Positions 63,135-64,000 of a stretch of 64,000 nt of DNA are shown here, one piece after another. The position numbers and the translations under genes are program-made. The DNA comes from Octopus sinensis (Eukaryota): positions 7,068,001-7,132,000 of the forward strand of contig NC_042999.1 of assembly GCF_006345805.1 (NCBI RefSeq), written 5' to 3'. Positions within the stretch are counted from its first letter, which is position 1; each line of letters begins with the position of its first letter. The notes under the pieces are model-generated. The model saw only the letters and a program-made list of their open reading frames with translations, did no database searches and was not told the origin of the DNA.

Positions 63135-63555
63135 CAATTTTGGAACAAGGACTAAGTTGATTACATCGATCCCACTGCTCAACTGGAACCTATTTTATCG
63201 ACCCCGAAAGGATGAAAAACAAAGGCAATTTCGCTAGAATCTGAACTGAGAATGTAAAAACGGACGAAACACCGCTAAGCATTTTGTCCGGCTTGCTAAC
63301 GATTCTGCCAGCTCGCCGCCTTATCAAAGTAAATATTAATATTGATTTGATATACTGGCGCAAAGCCAGTAAATTTGGAGGAGGAGTAAGTCGATTAAAT
63401 CGACCCAAGTGATCAACTGGTACTTATTATTCGACCCCGAAATATGAAAGGCAAATTCGACTCCAGTGGCATTTGAATTCAGAACGTAAAGCCGGATGAG
63501 ATGTAGCTACGCATTTTGTTCGAATTGCTCACGTTTCTACCAGATCGTCGCCTTA
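63135..63555 (-). mobile_element. Two diverged SINE-B-related copies
   Basis: cagctcgccgcc and cagatcgtcgcc head ends; atcgaccccgaaa bodies. Confidence 0.7.
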
Positions 63556-64000
63556 CATCTTCGAAATAATGATAACAGCATAAAACCATTGTGCCGAAGA
63601 AACAAATCTTTTAAAAGGAGGAATATTCCAAAGAGTCTGTTTCTCCCAGTCTTCCTTCACTGCTATTCTGTTTGGCATTAACACCTTCCATTCTTATATA
63701 TCAACCCCACGACACTTAAAAATATTCTATTGAGAGCCAAGAAATATTTTCTGTATAGAAATTTCCATGTTCTAAGCCGCAAATGGTAAACAGTAAGAAA
63801 CAGCAACAGAGATTACAAGAATTAAGTCTCAGGAATACTTTGAGAGATTCAGATTAGAACAATGTACTCGAAGAAAAGGAAATTAATAAAGAATACTTGT
63901 GTCATGCTAGACGAAGACGTGGAGAAGAAATTTAGACCAAACTCAGATTCACAGATATTTAGAAATGAATGAAACAGACAATGTAAAAACATCTGTAAGT

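Overview
AT-rich, microsatellite-dense eukaryotic DNA in which I recognise no host exon; it is probably intergenic or intronic. From recall, the SINE families look cephalopod (Octopus-like), but I could not verify this by search. The window is a mosaic of mobile elements. These include three tRNA-derived SINE groups, non-autonomous Helitrons, pogo/Tigger-like MITEs, a 5'-truncated DD34D mariner, and CR1-group, R4/Dong-like and Tx1-like LINE fragments. There are also two 5'-truncated Penelope-like elements (PLEs) with RT and/or GIY-YIG remnants. The most striking signal is a set of type-I hammerhead ribozyme (HHR) motifs of several unrelated sequence families. Several sit inside large near-perfect inverted duplications flanked by (AT)n, and these share one asymmetric architecture. 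One of them (7813-8766) is a non-coding 507-bp terminally redundant unit with a well-formed HHR on both strands, i.e. a retrozyme-like candidate. Other notable items: a 28S rRNA-like fragment fused to a LINE end, a LINE/SINE shared 3' stem-loop with compensatory changes, a Tx1-like LINE found twice inside (TATC)n, and SINE multimers with a constant junction. Most short ORFs in the supplied track are microsatellite or repeat artefacts. All RNA folds were done by eye.
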